Part shown: one piece after another, positions 1-9,967 of the stretch | How the letters are laid out: each line of letters starts with the position of its first letter | Numbering within the stretch: position 1 is the first letter of the stretch | Program-made: the position numbers and the translations under genes | From: a virus | Reading direction: 5' to 3' (one strand) | DNA: 64,000 nucleotides | IMG/VR virus record: IMGVR_UViG_3300008108_000011 | Span: 32,001-96,000 of that record | Notes under the pieces: model-generated | Told to the model about the DNA's origin: nothing | Seen by the model: the letters and a program-made list of their open reading frames with translations, nothing else | Database searches by the model: none

Positions 1-548
1 CTTGTGTTCTTACGAAGGGTGTGAAGATTGAAGACCTAGCATCATTTGATATCGAATACATCTTTCTCAACATACGTGGCAAATCTGTTGGTGAAGAAGT
101 TAAAATGAAAATCATCTGTAATGATGACAATGAAACAGAGGTAGAATATACTTTAGATTTAAGTAAAGTAGAAGTTCAAAAAAATCCAGATCATGATGCT
201 AAAATATTATTAGATGATACTACAGGTATTGTGATGAAGTATCCTGGTGTTGATCAGTTTATTCAAACACAAATCATGATGAAGTCATTGAACGCAGAAG
301 AAGTATTTGATATTATTATTGATTCTGTTCATCAGATCTTTTCTGGAGAAGAAGTGTTCGAGGCTAAAACAACATCAAGAAAAGAAATTGAAGATTGGAT
401 GGGTGGATTAACTTCCAAACAATTCGAGAAAGTTAAAGATTTTTTTGCTACCATGCCCAAGTTAGCGCATACATTTAAAGTTACTAATCCTAACACTGGA
501 GTTGAATCTGAATACACAATTGAGGGTCTGGTAAATTTTTTCGGGTGA
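1..548 (+). CDS. gp26: Baseplate hub subunit gp26-like (5' partial; frame is open from the window start)
   Basis: Motif KIEDLASFDIEYIFLNIRGKSVGE and C-terminal TFKVTNPNTGVESEYTIEGLVNFF are typical of T4-like gp26. The frame reads CVLTKGVK upstream of the GTG at 21. Confidence 0.85.
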   Translation, partial: CVLTKGVKIEDLASFDIEYIFLNIRGKSVGEEVKMKIICNDDNETEVEYTLDLSKVEVQKNPDHDAKILLDDTTGIVMKYPGVDQFIQTQIMMKSLNAEEVFDIIIDSVHQIFSGEEVFEAKTTSRKEIEDWMGGLTSKQFEKVKDFFATMPKLAHTFKVTNPNTGVESEYTIEGLVNFFG

Positions 549-550
549 GC

Positions 551-715
551 ATGTTCCATGAGAGCCTTGCTAATTATTATCAGTCAAATTTTAATCTCAT
601 GTATATTCATAAGTTTAGTTTGACTGAATTGGATAACATGCTCCCCTGGGAAAGAATGGTTTATATTACTATGTTGAATGCTTATATTGAAGAGCAGAAC
701 AGTAAGAATAAATGA
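551..715 (+). CDS. gp51: Baseplate hub assembly protein gp51-like, 54 aa (below ORF-track cutoff)
   Basis: Hand translation gives MFHESLANYYQSNFNLMYIHKFSLTELDNMLPWERMVYITMLNAYIEEQNSKNK. It follows gp26 as in T4-like phages and has an ATGA overlap with the next gene. Confidence 0.8.
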   Translation: MFHESLANYYQSNFNLMYIHKFSLTELDNMLPWERMVYITMLNAYIEEQNSKNK

Positions 716-3435
716 ACTACGATTACTTACCCCAACCACCTGAAGGTGTATTAGATCCAAAGATACCTTGGAGTAGGATTAATCCTAACTCTAGGTTGTG
801 GTTGGTTTTAAAATCAAAATTAACTGGCAGAAGACAGGGAGATGAATTCTATAGTTCATATGTAAATCTTTCTGATGCTGATGCTGATAAACTGATTGCA
901 AACATGAAGAAGGATCCTCGTGGGTATCCTTCTTTAGATCAGACTAGTGGCACTCCTGTTCAGTGGATGGAAAGACAGAGATTATATCAAGAGTGGTTGG
1001 TAGAAGCATACCTCGAAAATCCTTTTCGTGAAGATGTAAATAAAAAAATTGAAGCAGCTGAACAAGAAAGAAGATTACTAGAAATACAGGAACAAAGAAA
1101 AAAAGAAAAAGAAGAGAAGGAAGAGAGAGAAAAAAGAAAGAAAGAGCGCGAGCAGATCAAACCCCCAGAGACATCCGTTCCTGCTCCTGTAGCACCTGCT
1201 CCTGTTGAACCTGCTTCTGTGCCAGCAGCACCTGCTCCTGCTGCTCCAGAAGCACGCAAACCCAAGCCAGCGCCTTTGAGAGATGAGGATCTGGTTGCCC
1301 CATATCGAATGCCATCGAATGTTTCTAAAGCGATGGCGAGTTATGGTGATGCTTTAGATGCTATTGGTAATCAATTATCAAAACAGAATTCTATTCTCAC
1401 TAGAAACCTAGGTTACTTAAGAAGGATAAATGAAGATCTTGGTGATGTAGAATTCTTACTCGGTCAGATGACTGAGAATTATCAAGAAGCACTTGATGAT
1501 TTTGAAACCGAAGAAAGAAAAAAAGCATTACGAAAAAAGATTGTTGGTAAAATATTTTCTCCATTTGGTAGTGGAAAAGAACCACCTTCGAAGGTAAAAC
1601 CAAAACAAGAGAAGAAACAAAATTGGTTTGATGGGATCACCTCGTTCTTTAATCCAAGTAAAAGACCAGAAAAAAAATTAGCATCAGGTGGAATTGCATT
1701 AGGTCAAACGGGAGGAGATAAAGTAATACCTCCAGGTGTGTATGATAATCCTATCAGAGGTAGACTAGCGCCAGGAACTGTAGTCGTTCCTCATAACAGA
1801 AACGACGGGAAGAGAATACTAAACCAATATGATCAGCAATCTTATATACAATCTTTCGGTGATGTATTAGCAAAATCATCAAATGCTTTACTTGGTTCTG
1901 CTGTTGTTGTATATGGATCTGTTCTTCGTAGTTTAGGTCCTCTTGCTGGATATTTTAATACTAGTATTTCTGGATTAATACCTACAGTATCTTCAATACT
2001 CAGCATATCTCGCAGTGCTGTTATTGATATGTTTGGTGGTCCTGCGTATGCAGGAACTACAGAAAATACACAAGATCTGAAATCATTCTATAAATCCTGG
2101 CGTGTTTATATGAATGATAATGATTTATATTTTCCAGGTGCTACTGGTGTTTTTGGTGGAGCTCCATTACCTTCAGGAGAGATTGCAGAAGATATAGGTA
2201 TCATTTCTTCTGCTGCCGATCTTAGATACGTTGGTGGAACTAATGTAAATAAATTACCTGCATGGATACCTTTTTCAAAAGAAGATACAAAGAAGATTGG
2301 ATATGTATCTGGGTTTGGATATAGGTGGGGAAGGCAGCATAGTGGTATTGATTTAGATGGCGATCCTGGCATCAAAATTATTTCACCTTTTGCTGGAACT
2401 GTATATGACATTAATAAAAACTGGCCAGCTGATGGTGGTGGTGGGTATGGTAATTTGGTTGGCATCGCCCACGATCAACCAAAAATATTTACATTTTATG
2501 GTCACTTAAAAGATGTTGCTACCAATTTGGAGATGGGATCTAAAGTAAAAGCAGGTGAAGTAATAGGAACAGTGGGTAACACTGGTCGTTCTTTTGGTCC
2601 CCACCTGCACTGGGAAGTTAGAACACAGGCTAGCGGAGGGCAAATAGATCCCGTTGAATGGACGCATCAAAACAAACCAAGTTTTGCTGTTGGTGGATGG
2701 TTCAAACCATTGGTTAATTTAGTTAGGAATGTCACTAGACCAAAAGGACTTAGTATCAGAGGAGTTCAAGCTGGTTTTACTGGCATGGCGAGAGAAGGAT
2801 TTGAGGCTATTATGAAAGGTGACAAATTTAGATTGGGTAAATGGAAACCACAGATACTTGGCAGGGGAGCATACTCTGCTCCAACACTAAAAGGTGCTCA
2901 AAGATATGCTGGTGCTCAAGGATCTTTAGGAGGCAAGCAAACTCCTGGTGGTGTTGTGAAGAGTATTGTTCCAGGAACTGCTAGGAGGATTGATATATTA
3001 GAACCACAAGCAGCAGTGAAACCAGCAACATTTGATAAGGGTAAACTGTTAGCAGATAAGTTACTACAAGGTGCATATGCAAACAGCCCATTAGCAAACA
3101 ATCTTCGTTTACAACTTATAACTGGCAGTGCTCAAAATGTTGGTGTTGGAATGGGAAAACTTTTCAGTAAAGCAATTGGTATTTTAAATGCTCCTGTAAT
3201 TGGAGACATGTTATTCCCAGAACCAACTGCTGCTGGAACATTAGATTATGCTAGATCTCAAGGGTGGGTCACACCGCAATCATCAAAACCACCAGTAAAA
3301 CAAACTACCATTCAGATGCCACCATCTTCTGCAAATGTATCTCCTGCACCCAGAGCATCTTCAAAACCTCAGTTTGTAAATATTGATATACCAACTGGTG
3401 AAGTATTAACCACTACACAAATGAGGCGCATGTAA
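712..3435 (+). CDS. Large hub/tape-measure-like virion protein with M23 peptidase domain and a possible ART-like C-terminal domain
   Basis: M23 motifs HSGIDLDG, GGGYGN, FYGHL and GNTGRSFGPHLHWEV (~2320-2660). N-terminal half has charged coiled-coil and Pro/Ala tracts. Sits in the baseplate module. Confidence 0.75.
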   Translation: MNYDYLPQPPEGVLDPKIPWSRINPNSRLWLVLKSKLTGRRQGDEFYSSYVNLSDADADKLIANMKKDPRGYPSLDQTSGTPVQWMERQRLYQEWLVEAYLENPFREDVNKKIEAAEQERRLLEIQEQRKKEKEEKEEREKRKKEREQIKPPETSVPAPVAPAPVEPASVPAAPAPAAPEARKPKPAPLRDEDLVAPYRMPSNVSKAMASYGDALDAIGNQLSKQNSILTRNLGYLRRINEDLGDVEFLLGQMTENYQEALDDFETEERKKALRKKIVGKIFSPFGSGKEPPSKVKPKQEKKQNWFDGITSFFNPSKRPEKKLASGGIALGQTGGDKVIPPGVYDNPIRGRLAPGTVVVPHNRNDGKRILNQYDQQSYIQSFGDVLAKSSNALLGSAVVVYGSVLRSLGPLAGYFNTSISGLIPTVSSILSISRSAVIDMFGGPAYAGTTENTQDLKSFYKSWRVYMNDNDLYFPGATGVFGGAPLPSGEIAEDIGIISSAADLRYVGGTNVNKLPAWIPFSKEDTKKIGYVSGFGYRWGRQHSGIDLDGDPGIKIISPFAGTVYDINKNWPADGGGGYGNLVGIAHDQPKIFTFYGHLKDVATNLEMGSKVKAGEVIGTVGNTGRSFGPHLHWEVRTQASGGQIDPVEWTHQNKPSFAVGGWFKPLVNLVRNVTRPKGLSIRGVQAGFTGMAREGFEAIMKGDKFRLGKWKPQILGRGAYSAPTLKGAQRYAGAQGSLGGKQTPGGVVKSIVPGTARRIDILEPQAAVKPATFDKGKLLADKLLQGAYANSPLANNLRLQLITGSAQNVGVGMGKLFSKAIGILNAPVIGDMLFPEPTAAGTLDYARSQGWVTPQSSKPPVKQTTIQMPPSSANVSPAPRASSKPQFVNIDIPTGEVLTTTQMRRM

Positions 3436-3436
3436 T

Positions 3437-5593
3437 ATGTTACTCAACAATCTTATTCCACAAAAAGCAAAGCAAACTAGACAGGAAGCAGTAAGTTTTG
3501 AAAGCTCACTTGCTTCAGAATTTAGATCATTAACATCAAAGAGTGGTGAGAATGTAAGGAAGGTTAATCAGCAATTAGATATTTTAATAGAGCAAGCAGA
3601 ATTAGAAAACGAAATTGCTAATCGTGTTGCTAAACTAGCAGCAATGTTTTCTAAAAATTCTTTGCTGGAAACTTTATCTTACTCTAAGATAGAGGAAAGA
3701 TTATCAGTATTTCCTAAAAAGACAGAAGAAGATATTATATTAGAAAAAAAGAATACAAAAAAGTCTAAGGTTTCAGAACCTAAAAAACAACCTAAAGTAA
3801 ATCCCCCCAAAAAATTGGCATCGGGTGGTGTTACTCCTCCAGCTTCTGGTTTGAATAAAGACAAACTTCAATCAAATAAAGGGGAGCAGATTGCTTATAG
3901 TGAAGTATTACAGCTCTCGATGAGAGCATCTGGTATTTTTGCAATCACTACTCTAGGAGAATTCATACAAGGAACAGGGGCTCTCGGGGCATTTTTTAAA
4001 CCTTATTTGAAATCAGTCGTAACACCATTTGCATTATCATTAGGGGTTGAGCAGAATTTAATTAACAGTTTATTAAATTCTCCAATTGAATCTGCATCTT
4101 TGGAATTAAAAAATCAACAAAAAGAGTTTGGTAAAACTTGGGCTAAATTTTTAAATGATCCTGATTTTGTTAAGATTTATATTGATAGAGAAGCAACTCT
4201 CGATGCTCAAGGAAAACCAAAAGGATTTGTTCCTGCTGATTGGAAGGAAGATCCTGAGTTTGTTGCTTTAGTTAATGCGTTTGCAGAAGAATGGGAATTG
4301 AATGCAAATGGATTGCTTGCGTTAATGGCAAGTGAAAGTGGATTGAAACCAGATGCAGAAAATGATGGTGGTTGTGTTGGATTAATTCAGTTTTGCCCTG
4401 GTGGTGGTTTACCTGGAACAGGAAAATCAGCGGCAGAACTCAAAGCAATGAGTCGAAGTGAGCAGTGGCCTTATGTAGTAAAATATTGGGTTGGTGTTGG
4501 ATTGAAAAAAGGAATGACAGCTGGTGATATCTATGGATTGACTCACGTTCCTGCTTGGTATGGAAAAGCAGTGAACGGATTAGCAGTAGGATCTCCAGAG
4601 AGAATGAATGCTGTAGTTGCTACTTCTGCTGATGGTCCTGCGTATTCTCAAAATGCTAGACTTGATTTTAATGGAGATGGGAAGATAACAGTTCAAGATT
4701 ACGACGATGAGGTTAGAAGAGTTGGTAAAAATTTCGGAATAAAATATGAGACTGGAGGTTACTATACTCCAGAAGAATTAGATATGGTAACACCAATGAC
4801 GCCATATCTATTATCCGGACCCGATTCTGGTTATGATGTAGTGATTCAAAATACTCCTATCATAATGCACGGTGATGAGATTGTTGAAGAGACACCAGAA
4901 GGAGTTAAAATTTATCCAGTAAAAAATAGACTGTATGATATCACAAAAGATCCAGTTGATGTTATAAAAAGATGGCAACAAATTTCTTTGCAATCTAATA
5001 CTCAACGTGTGGAATCATTTGCAAGAGGTGGAGTAACACAACGCCCCTGGTGGGATAAAATGGGTTGGTTCGGTGGCGCGGCGGCGGAAAGAAAAAGAAC
5101 ACAAAAAAATCGCAAGAGAAATTACGGTGATGATTACAAAAGACAAGAATTAATTCTTGCGGCAAAAGCATCTGGTGGTAGTGGTCTTGCTGACATTAGG
5201 GGTAGTCAAAGACTAAAGCAAGTATTTGATGATCAGAGAACTACAACGAACAAACTATCTCCAAGTAAATCAGAATCTCTAGTCATTTCTAAGTTAGATC
5301 CTTCTCTAACACCGATGCAAAATTGGGCTAAATTATTTCCAGATCTTGCCAGAAAAGTTAAACCAGGGCAATCTGGATACGATGAAATACAAAAAGTCTT
5401 ATCATCTTCAGGAACCAGAGAAGTAGCATCACAAACAAAATCAACTGGCACAGTAATTGTAAATAGAATCCCAATAGAATCCTCACCTAATGTGTCTCAA
5501 TCTGTTCAAAGTTCTACGCCCACACAAATTACTACAGTTACTTTCAATCCTCATCGATTGAGATCAGAACTTAATATGAGACGCGCTCGATAA
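3437..5593 (+). CDS. Large hub/tape-measure-like virion protein with lytic transglycosylase (SLT/lysozyme-like) domain
   Basis: LLALMASESG (candidate catalytic Glu), CVGLIQF and AYSQNARLDFNGDGKIT at ~4250-4720. Confidence 0.7.
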   Translation: MLLNNLIPQKAKQTRQEAVSFESSLASEFRSLTSKSGENVRKVNQQLDILIEQAELENEIANRVAKLAAMFSKNSLLETLSYSKIEERLSVFPKKTEEDIILEKKNTKKSKVSEPKKQPKVNPPKKLASGGVTPPASGLNKDKLQSNKGEQIAYSEVLQLSMRASGIFAITTLGEFIQGTGALGAFFKPYLKSVVTPFALSLGVEQNLINSLLNSPIESASLELKNQQKEFGKTWAKFLNDPDFVKIYIDREATLDAQGKPKGFVPADWKEDPEFVALVNAFAEEWELNANGLLALMASESGLKPDAENDGGCVGLIQFCPGGGLPGTGKSAAELKAMSRSEQWPYVVKYWVGVGLKKGMTAGDIYGLTHVPAWYGKAVNGLAVGSPERMNAVVATSADGPAYSQNARLDFNGDGKITVQDYDDEVRRVGKNFGIKYETGGYYTPEELDMVTPMTPYLLSGPDSGYDVVIQNTPIIMHGDEIVEETPEGVKIYPVKNRLYDITKDPVDVIKRWQQISLQSNTQRVESFARGGVTQRPWWDKMGWFGGAAAERKRTQKNRKRNYGDDYKRQELILAAKASGGSGLADIRGSQRLKQVFDDQRTTTNKLSPSKSESLVISKLDPSLTPMQNWAKLFPDLARKVKPGQSGYDEIQKVLSSSGTREVASQTKSTGTVIVNRIPIESSPNVSQSVQSSTPTQITTVTFNPHRLRSELNMRRAR

Positions 5594-5596
5594 ATA
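5590..5596 (+). promoter_or_regulatory. T4-type late promoter (ATAAATA)
   Basis: ATAAATA about 25 nt upstream of the ATG at 5620, followed by a GGAG RBS. Confidence 0.65.
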
Positions 5597-5619
5597 CTTT
5601 TACTAGGAGAGATAAATAG

Positions 5620-8331
5620 ATGTCTTTTGGAACCGAAAGCTCAGCATCAGTAGGAGGTCAATCCCTCGCAGGTTTCATAGTATCTAAAGCAACTCAGTCT
5701 CGTAAGGATGCGAGAAAAGAGGATAGAAAACAATCGCGCAGAAAAAAGAAAGAAGAACAAACAAAAAAAGAAAACAAACAACAAGAGAAGAAACAAAAAA
5801 TAGGAACTAAGTTACTTGGGAGTCTTCCTTCTTTAGGTAATCTTTTTTCATTTAAGAAACCAGAAACTAAAACTTCATCTCAGTCATCACAACCCAGATC
5901 TTCTGGTGGGGCAACTGGATTAGCAAAAATTCTTACGCAAGGATTTGGTTCTCTCACGGCTGATACGATGGGAGTTGCTTCTGGTCTCGCATCAGTTACG
6001 CAAGTTCTCAATAGTTCTTTAAGAGCACAATCTTTTACTGCAACTGGTGTTCAAACTATTGCTAGTATTCTTTCAGATCAAGTAGAGAATCAAGGATCTA
6101 TATTATCAACTGTTAAATCATTGAAAACTGGTGGTAGATCTTCAGGAACTGGATCAAGTATGTTTGGATCCAGTAGATCATCAGGTGTAAAATCTGATAC
6201 TCTAACTGGATTTGTTTGGGAAAAAGTTAAAGATAAAGTTTTAGGGTTTTTATCTGGAGCTGCTGCTACTCAATTAGGAAAACTAAAAAATTTATTTAAA
6301 CCTAAAGGTGCTACATCAACTGCAAAACCTTCTCCTTCTCCAGGTGCATCTGCATTAAAACCAAAACCATTGGGAAGAATGACAGGTTCTTATGATAGAT
6401 TTTTACAAGGATCATCTAATTTTGGTGATAGATTAAGATTACTTCGTAGAGGTCAAATAGGTCCTGGTCAATTATTTACTAAAGGTGGTGTAGATTCCCT
6501 GGCAAAACCAACTGGGGGTGGGTTATTAAAATCTTTTAAATCTTTTGCAACACCGAAAAATTTGTTAACGGGAGTTAAAGGATTAGGTGTTGGATTGCTG
6601 GGTGATATGGCAGTAAATAAAATTGGAGAGGCAGTAGGCAATAAAGTAACAGAAGATTCTATCAGAAGAATTAGTTCCTTACCTCCAGAGAAAAAAGAAA
6701 AAGCGATCAAAGGTTTGCGTTCTGAATTAGAAAAAGAAAAATCATGGCAATCTGGATTTGGGGGAGCTTTTGATAACATCATTAACCTTGGTGGTATTTT
6801 AGGGGAAAGTTCCAGTCAAACAAAATCAGGTGGAATTGAGCGAATATTATCTGGATTAGGTGAAGAGAAAATGGCATCAGGTGGAGTGATGCTTGGTGAA
6901 GCAGGTAAAGAATCTGTCGTTGATTTAAATTCAAAAACTGGAAAAGATTTAGTTGGTAAACAGGGTGAAGATCCAGGCATGAAAGCATCAGCTGCCTCCA
7001 CTCTTGCTGTAGTTGATCAATTCATTAAAGGCATGGGTTCTTTAGGTGCTCCAGTAGCACAAGCACTCGGACCAGAAATTCAAAACCTTGCTAGAACTTT
7101 TGGTATGTCACAGGCATTACCAAACTTAAAAGTTGGTGGTGGTAAGTTTAAAGAAGATGGCGGTGCAAAAAAGACTAGAGAAGATTTCTTAAAAAATTTA
7201 ATAGCAGGTTCACTAGAATCACTCGATGCCAAGAAGAAAGAAGAGAAGAAGCAAGGGCAGGATAACAAACCTCAAACTACTAACGAACAACAGAATCAAT
7301 CAAACCCTTCTAATCCAGATACAGGATCAGGAACACAAAGAAATGTTGGTGCTGATGGAAAACCAATGGATGTTCATGATCCTAAGTCTTATGGTGCTGG
7401 TCGTCAGTCTGTTACCAAAGGAACTAACGAAGGTGTTGGTGTTTCGGATGTGGATACCAACCGCCAGACTGGGCAACTAGAAGCAAATCATGTGAACTTT
7501 AATCATGATGGAAAAGATTACAAAGTAAGAATCAATCCCAACAATGGAGATTATGAAGTCTTCCAATCTCGTGGGTATCTTGGAATGGTAGATAAAAAAA
7601 TAGATGTTGGCGGACCTCAAGGACCAAAGCCAGGTCAAGCGAACGAAGCACTGTTGAGAAAAGCACATGGTCAAGTTAGAGCATTCTTTATGAAGAACGC
7701 CCCACAGAAAGGATTGTCATTGAAGTACTTGAGTGAAGCGGAAGTTGATAAGAGCTCCACGGGTAATCAAAAACGAGGTGGAACAGTTAAGTCATATAAT
7801 AAAGGCGGCGTAGTTCAAAAACCTTGGTGGGATTTCATAGGAAATTTCATAGATACTCATCGCAATACCAAGTCAACTGATTATAAGAATCAAAATAATA
7901 ATCCTCTTGCCTCGATGGCAAAGCAAAGAGAGATGATGAAAGAGTTGGGTTATGAAGAAGGAGGAACGGTAAAAAGACCAACAATCAGAGAAGATGTAGA
8001 TGATATCAGAAGAATGATTGCTGCTTCAATGATGAGGCAACAGGATAGATATCTTCCTGGAGATAAAATACCAGTTGGAAATGATCTGATAACTAAATCA
8101 GTAACACCAAAGGTATCACCAGCATCCCCACCAACAAGTGCCACATCTAAAGAGGGTGAAGGTTTAAATTCTGCTGCGATTATTAATATAGTTGGTGCTG
8201 GGGGTGCGGGTATGACTATCCCATCATCGGCAGATGAGATGAATGAACAATCTACAGCAGAGTTTGTTTCAGATCCATGGCCAGGTGGTTTAGCATCTGT
8301 TCTTTGTGTATCATCACCTTGGGGGAATTAA
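5620..8331 (+). CDS. Large hub/tape-measure-like structural protein, paralogous to the two preceding genes
   Basis: Gly/Lys-rich helical sequence. Shares MASGG and GGVVQKPWWD motifs with its upstream neighbours. Late promoter upstream. Confidence 0.6.
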   Translation: MSFGTESSASVGGQSLAGFIVSKATQSRKDARKEDRKQSRRKKKEEQTKKENKQQEKKQKIGTKLLGSLPSLGNLFSFKKPETKTSSQSSQPRSSGGATGLAKILTQGFGSLTADTMGVASGLASVTQVLNSSLRAQSFTATGVQTIASILSDQVENQGSILSTVKSLKTGGRSSGTGSSMFGSSRSSGVKSDTLTGFVWEKVKDKVLGFLSGAAATQLGKLKNLFKPKGATSTAKPSPSPGASALKPKPLGRMTGSYDRFLQGSSNFGDRLRLLRRGQIGPGQLFTKGGVDSLAKPTGGGLLKSFKSFATPKNLLTGVKGLGVGLLGDMAVNKIGEAVGNKVTEDSIRRISSLPPEKKEKAIKGLRSELEKEKSWQSGFGGAFDNIINLGGILGESSSQTKSGGIERILSGLGEEKMASGGVMLGEAGKESVVDLNSKTGKDLVGKQGEDPGMKASAASTLAVVDQFIKGMGSLGAPVAQALGPEIQNLARTFGMSQALPNLKVGGGKFKEDGGAKKTREDFLKNLIAGSLESLDAKKKEEKKQGQDNKPQTTNEQQNQSNPSNPDTGSGTQRNVGADGKPMDVHDPKSYGAGRQSVTKGTNEGVGVSDVDTNRQTGQLEANHVNFNHDGKDYKVRINPNNGDYEVFQSRGYLGMVDKKIDVGGPQGPKPGQANEALLRKAHGQVRAFFMKNAPQKGLSLKYLSEAEVDKSSTGNQKRGGTVKSYNKGGVVQKPWWDFIGNFIDTHRNTKSTDYKNQNNNPLASMAKQREMMKELGYEEGGTVKRPTIREDVDDIRRMIAASMMRQQDRYLPGDKIPVGNDLITKSVTPKVSPASPPTSATSKEGEGLNSAAIINIVGAGGAGMTIPSSADEMNEQSTAEFVSDPWPGGLASVLCVSSPWGN

Positions 8332-8334
8332 TAA

Positions 8335-9750
8335 ATGTCAGTAGATCTTAATGCTCACGTAAAGAACGTTGTTATTATTGATACAAACGGAGTCAAGCAT
8401 CCTTTAACTGGTAAGAATCCAGAAGCGCAATTAAATGCTATTAAAATATACGAGAGTATAGAATTGAATACTGTAGTTGCTGAATTAATGGTTGTTGACA
8501 CAGGAATTAACTTGATTGCTAGCGCACCTATCGTAGGCACAGAAACAGTTGAGATAGAACTAATAGCGCCTAATATTTCTGAAGAATCTTATAAGTGGAA
8601 GTTTGTAGTTTATGGGATTAGAAATAGAATAGTTTCTAAAAATATGCAAGTCTACATATTAGATTTGTTTTCTCCAGAAGCATTGAGAAATGAAACTTTA
8701 CGAATTGGAAAAGCTATATCAGGCACGGGCGACTCCATCGTTAGTCAAATCTTAAAGGATTACTTAGACACCGATAAAGATATATCATCGGAATCTTGTA
8801 AGTATAAAATGAAACAGATACCATCATTGAAAAGACCATTCGATGTTGTCTCATCAATGCTTCCTGAATGTGTATCTTCATCCGCTACAACTCCACTAGC
8901 CCCTCAACCATCTGCAACATCTTCTAAAGGTGGATCCACTAGTGCTTCTGGTGGTCAGACACAAGCTGCTACTAAAGAAACTGCAACTGTTGTTTCTGGT
9001 TCTGCTGGATACATGTTCTTTGAAACATATGATGGTTATGTTTTCAAATCTATAGATGCTTTAATACAAGAAAATCAAAACAAACACCCAGAATATGTTT
9101 ATGGTATGGCGCAAGATGATAATTCAAATGCACAAAAGAACTCTTATCTTATTTTGAATTATTCTTTTGGCAGTCAAGAAAATATTTTGAAAAAGATGCG
9201 TTATGGTGTTTACTCATCGATGATATCATTTTTCAATCCATCTAACTTAGAGTATGAAGAATACTTTTTTGATCTCAGTAAAGAATATCCTAGGATGGTT
9301 CACTTAGGAACTGATGAAGATATCCCAGAGACAATTAAAACTTTGGCAAAGTATCCTTCTAGAGTTATGTTACAATTTTTTGATCATGAAACATTCCATG
9401 ACGCAGATACAATTGCTGATCCACAGAAGGCTGGTGCTAGTGGAGGAACACAATACCCAGACTTCAGGAAGCAATGGATGGCTCAATCGATGAGCAGGCA
9501 TATGATTTTGAATAACCAGATACTAAATATCACTATACCTATTAATTTCGGAATTAGAGCTGGCGATAAACTGAACGTTAAGTTACCTAACCAATCAGTC
9601 TCCTCTAAAAGAGAAGAAGAAAAATATGATTTAGTGAACAGTGGTTTGTATCTAGTTAAGAAAATTTCTTATGATATAACTAGAGACTCTTCTAAGGGAT
9701 TGATCGCAGTTTGTAATTTGGAACTTATTAGAGATAATTTAGGGAGTTAG
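8335..9750 (+). CDS. Baseplate hub protein (gp27-like)
   Basis: Lies directly before gp5. Has N-terminal IKIYESIELNTV..ELMVVDTG and C-terminal NITIPINFGIRAGDKLNVKLP...SGLYLVKKISY hub-like pattern. Confidence 0.5.
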   Translation: MSVDLNAHVKNVVIIDTNGVKHPLTGKNPEAQLNAIKIYESIELNTVVAELMVVDTGINLIASAPIVGTETVEIELIAPNISEESYKWKFVVYGIRNRIVSKNMQVYILDLFSPEALRNETLRIGKAISGTGDSIVSQILKDYLDTDKDISSESCKYKMKQIPSLKRPFDVVSSMLPECVSSSATTPLAPQPSATSSKGGSTSASGGQTQAATKETATVVSGSAGYMFFETYDGYVFKSIDALIQENQNKHPEYVYGMAQDDNSNAQKNSYLILNYSFGSQENILKKMRYGVYSSMISFFNPSNLEYEEYFFDLSKEYPRMVHLGTDEDIPETIKTLAKYPSRVMLQFFDHETFHDADTIADPQKAGASGGTQYPDFRKQWMAQSMSRHMILNNQILNITIPINFGIRAGDKLNVKLPNQSVSSKREEEKYDLVNSGLYLVKKISYDITRDSSKGLIAVCNLELIRDNLGS

Positions 9751-9752
9751 TA

Positions 9753-9965
9753 ATGGAAAACATTCAAAAACATATAGAACACGATAAGAGAATCTTAGAT
9801 GATCCTCTATCTTCTTCTCAATCAAGAAGACATGCTGAAGAAGAACTGGAATCTTTGGAAGCATATCATTCTCGTCACCCAGAAGATGATCATGATCCAT
9901 CGCCATTGGAATTATACTGTGACGAAAATCCAAATGCTTTAGAGTGTAGAATTTACGACAACTAA
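9753..9965 (+). CDS. cp12: CP12 Calvin-cycle inhibitor (auxiliary metabolic gene)
   Basis: 70 aa, acidic, ending in the CP12 signature SPLELYCDENPNALECRIYD (C-x8-C). Confidence 0.9.
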   Translation: MENIQKHIEHDKRILDDPLSSSQSRRHAEEELESLEAYHSRHPEDDHDPSPLELYCDENPNALECRIYDN

Positions 9966-9967
9966 TT

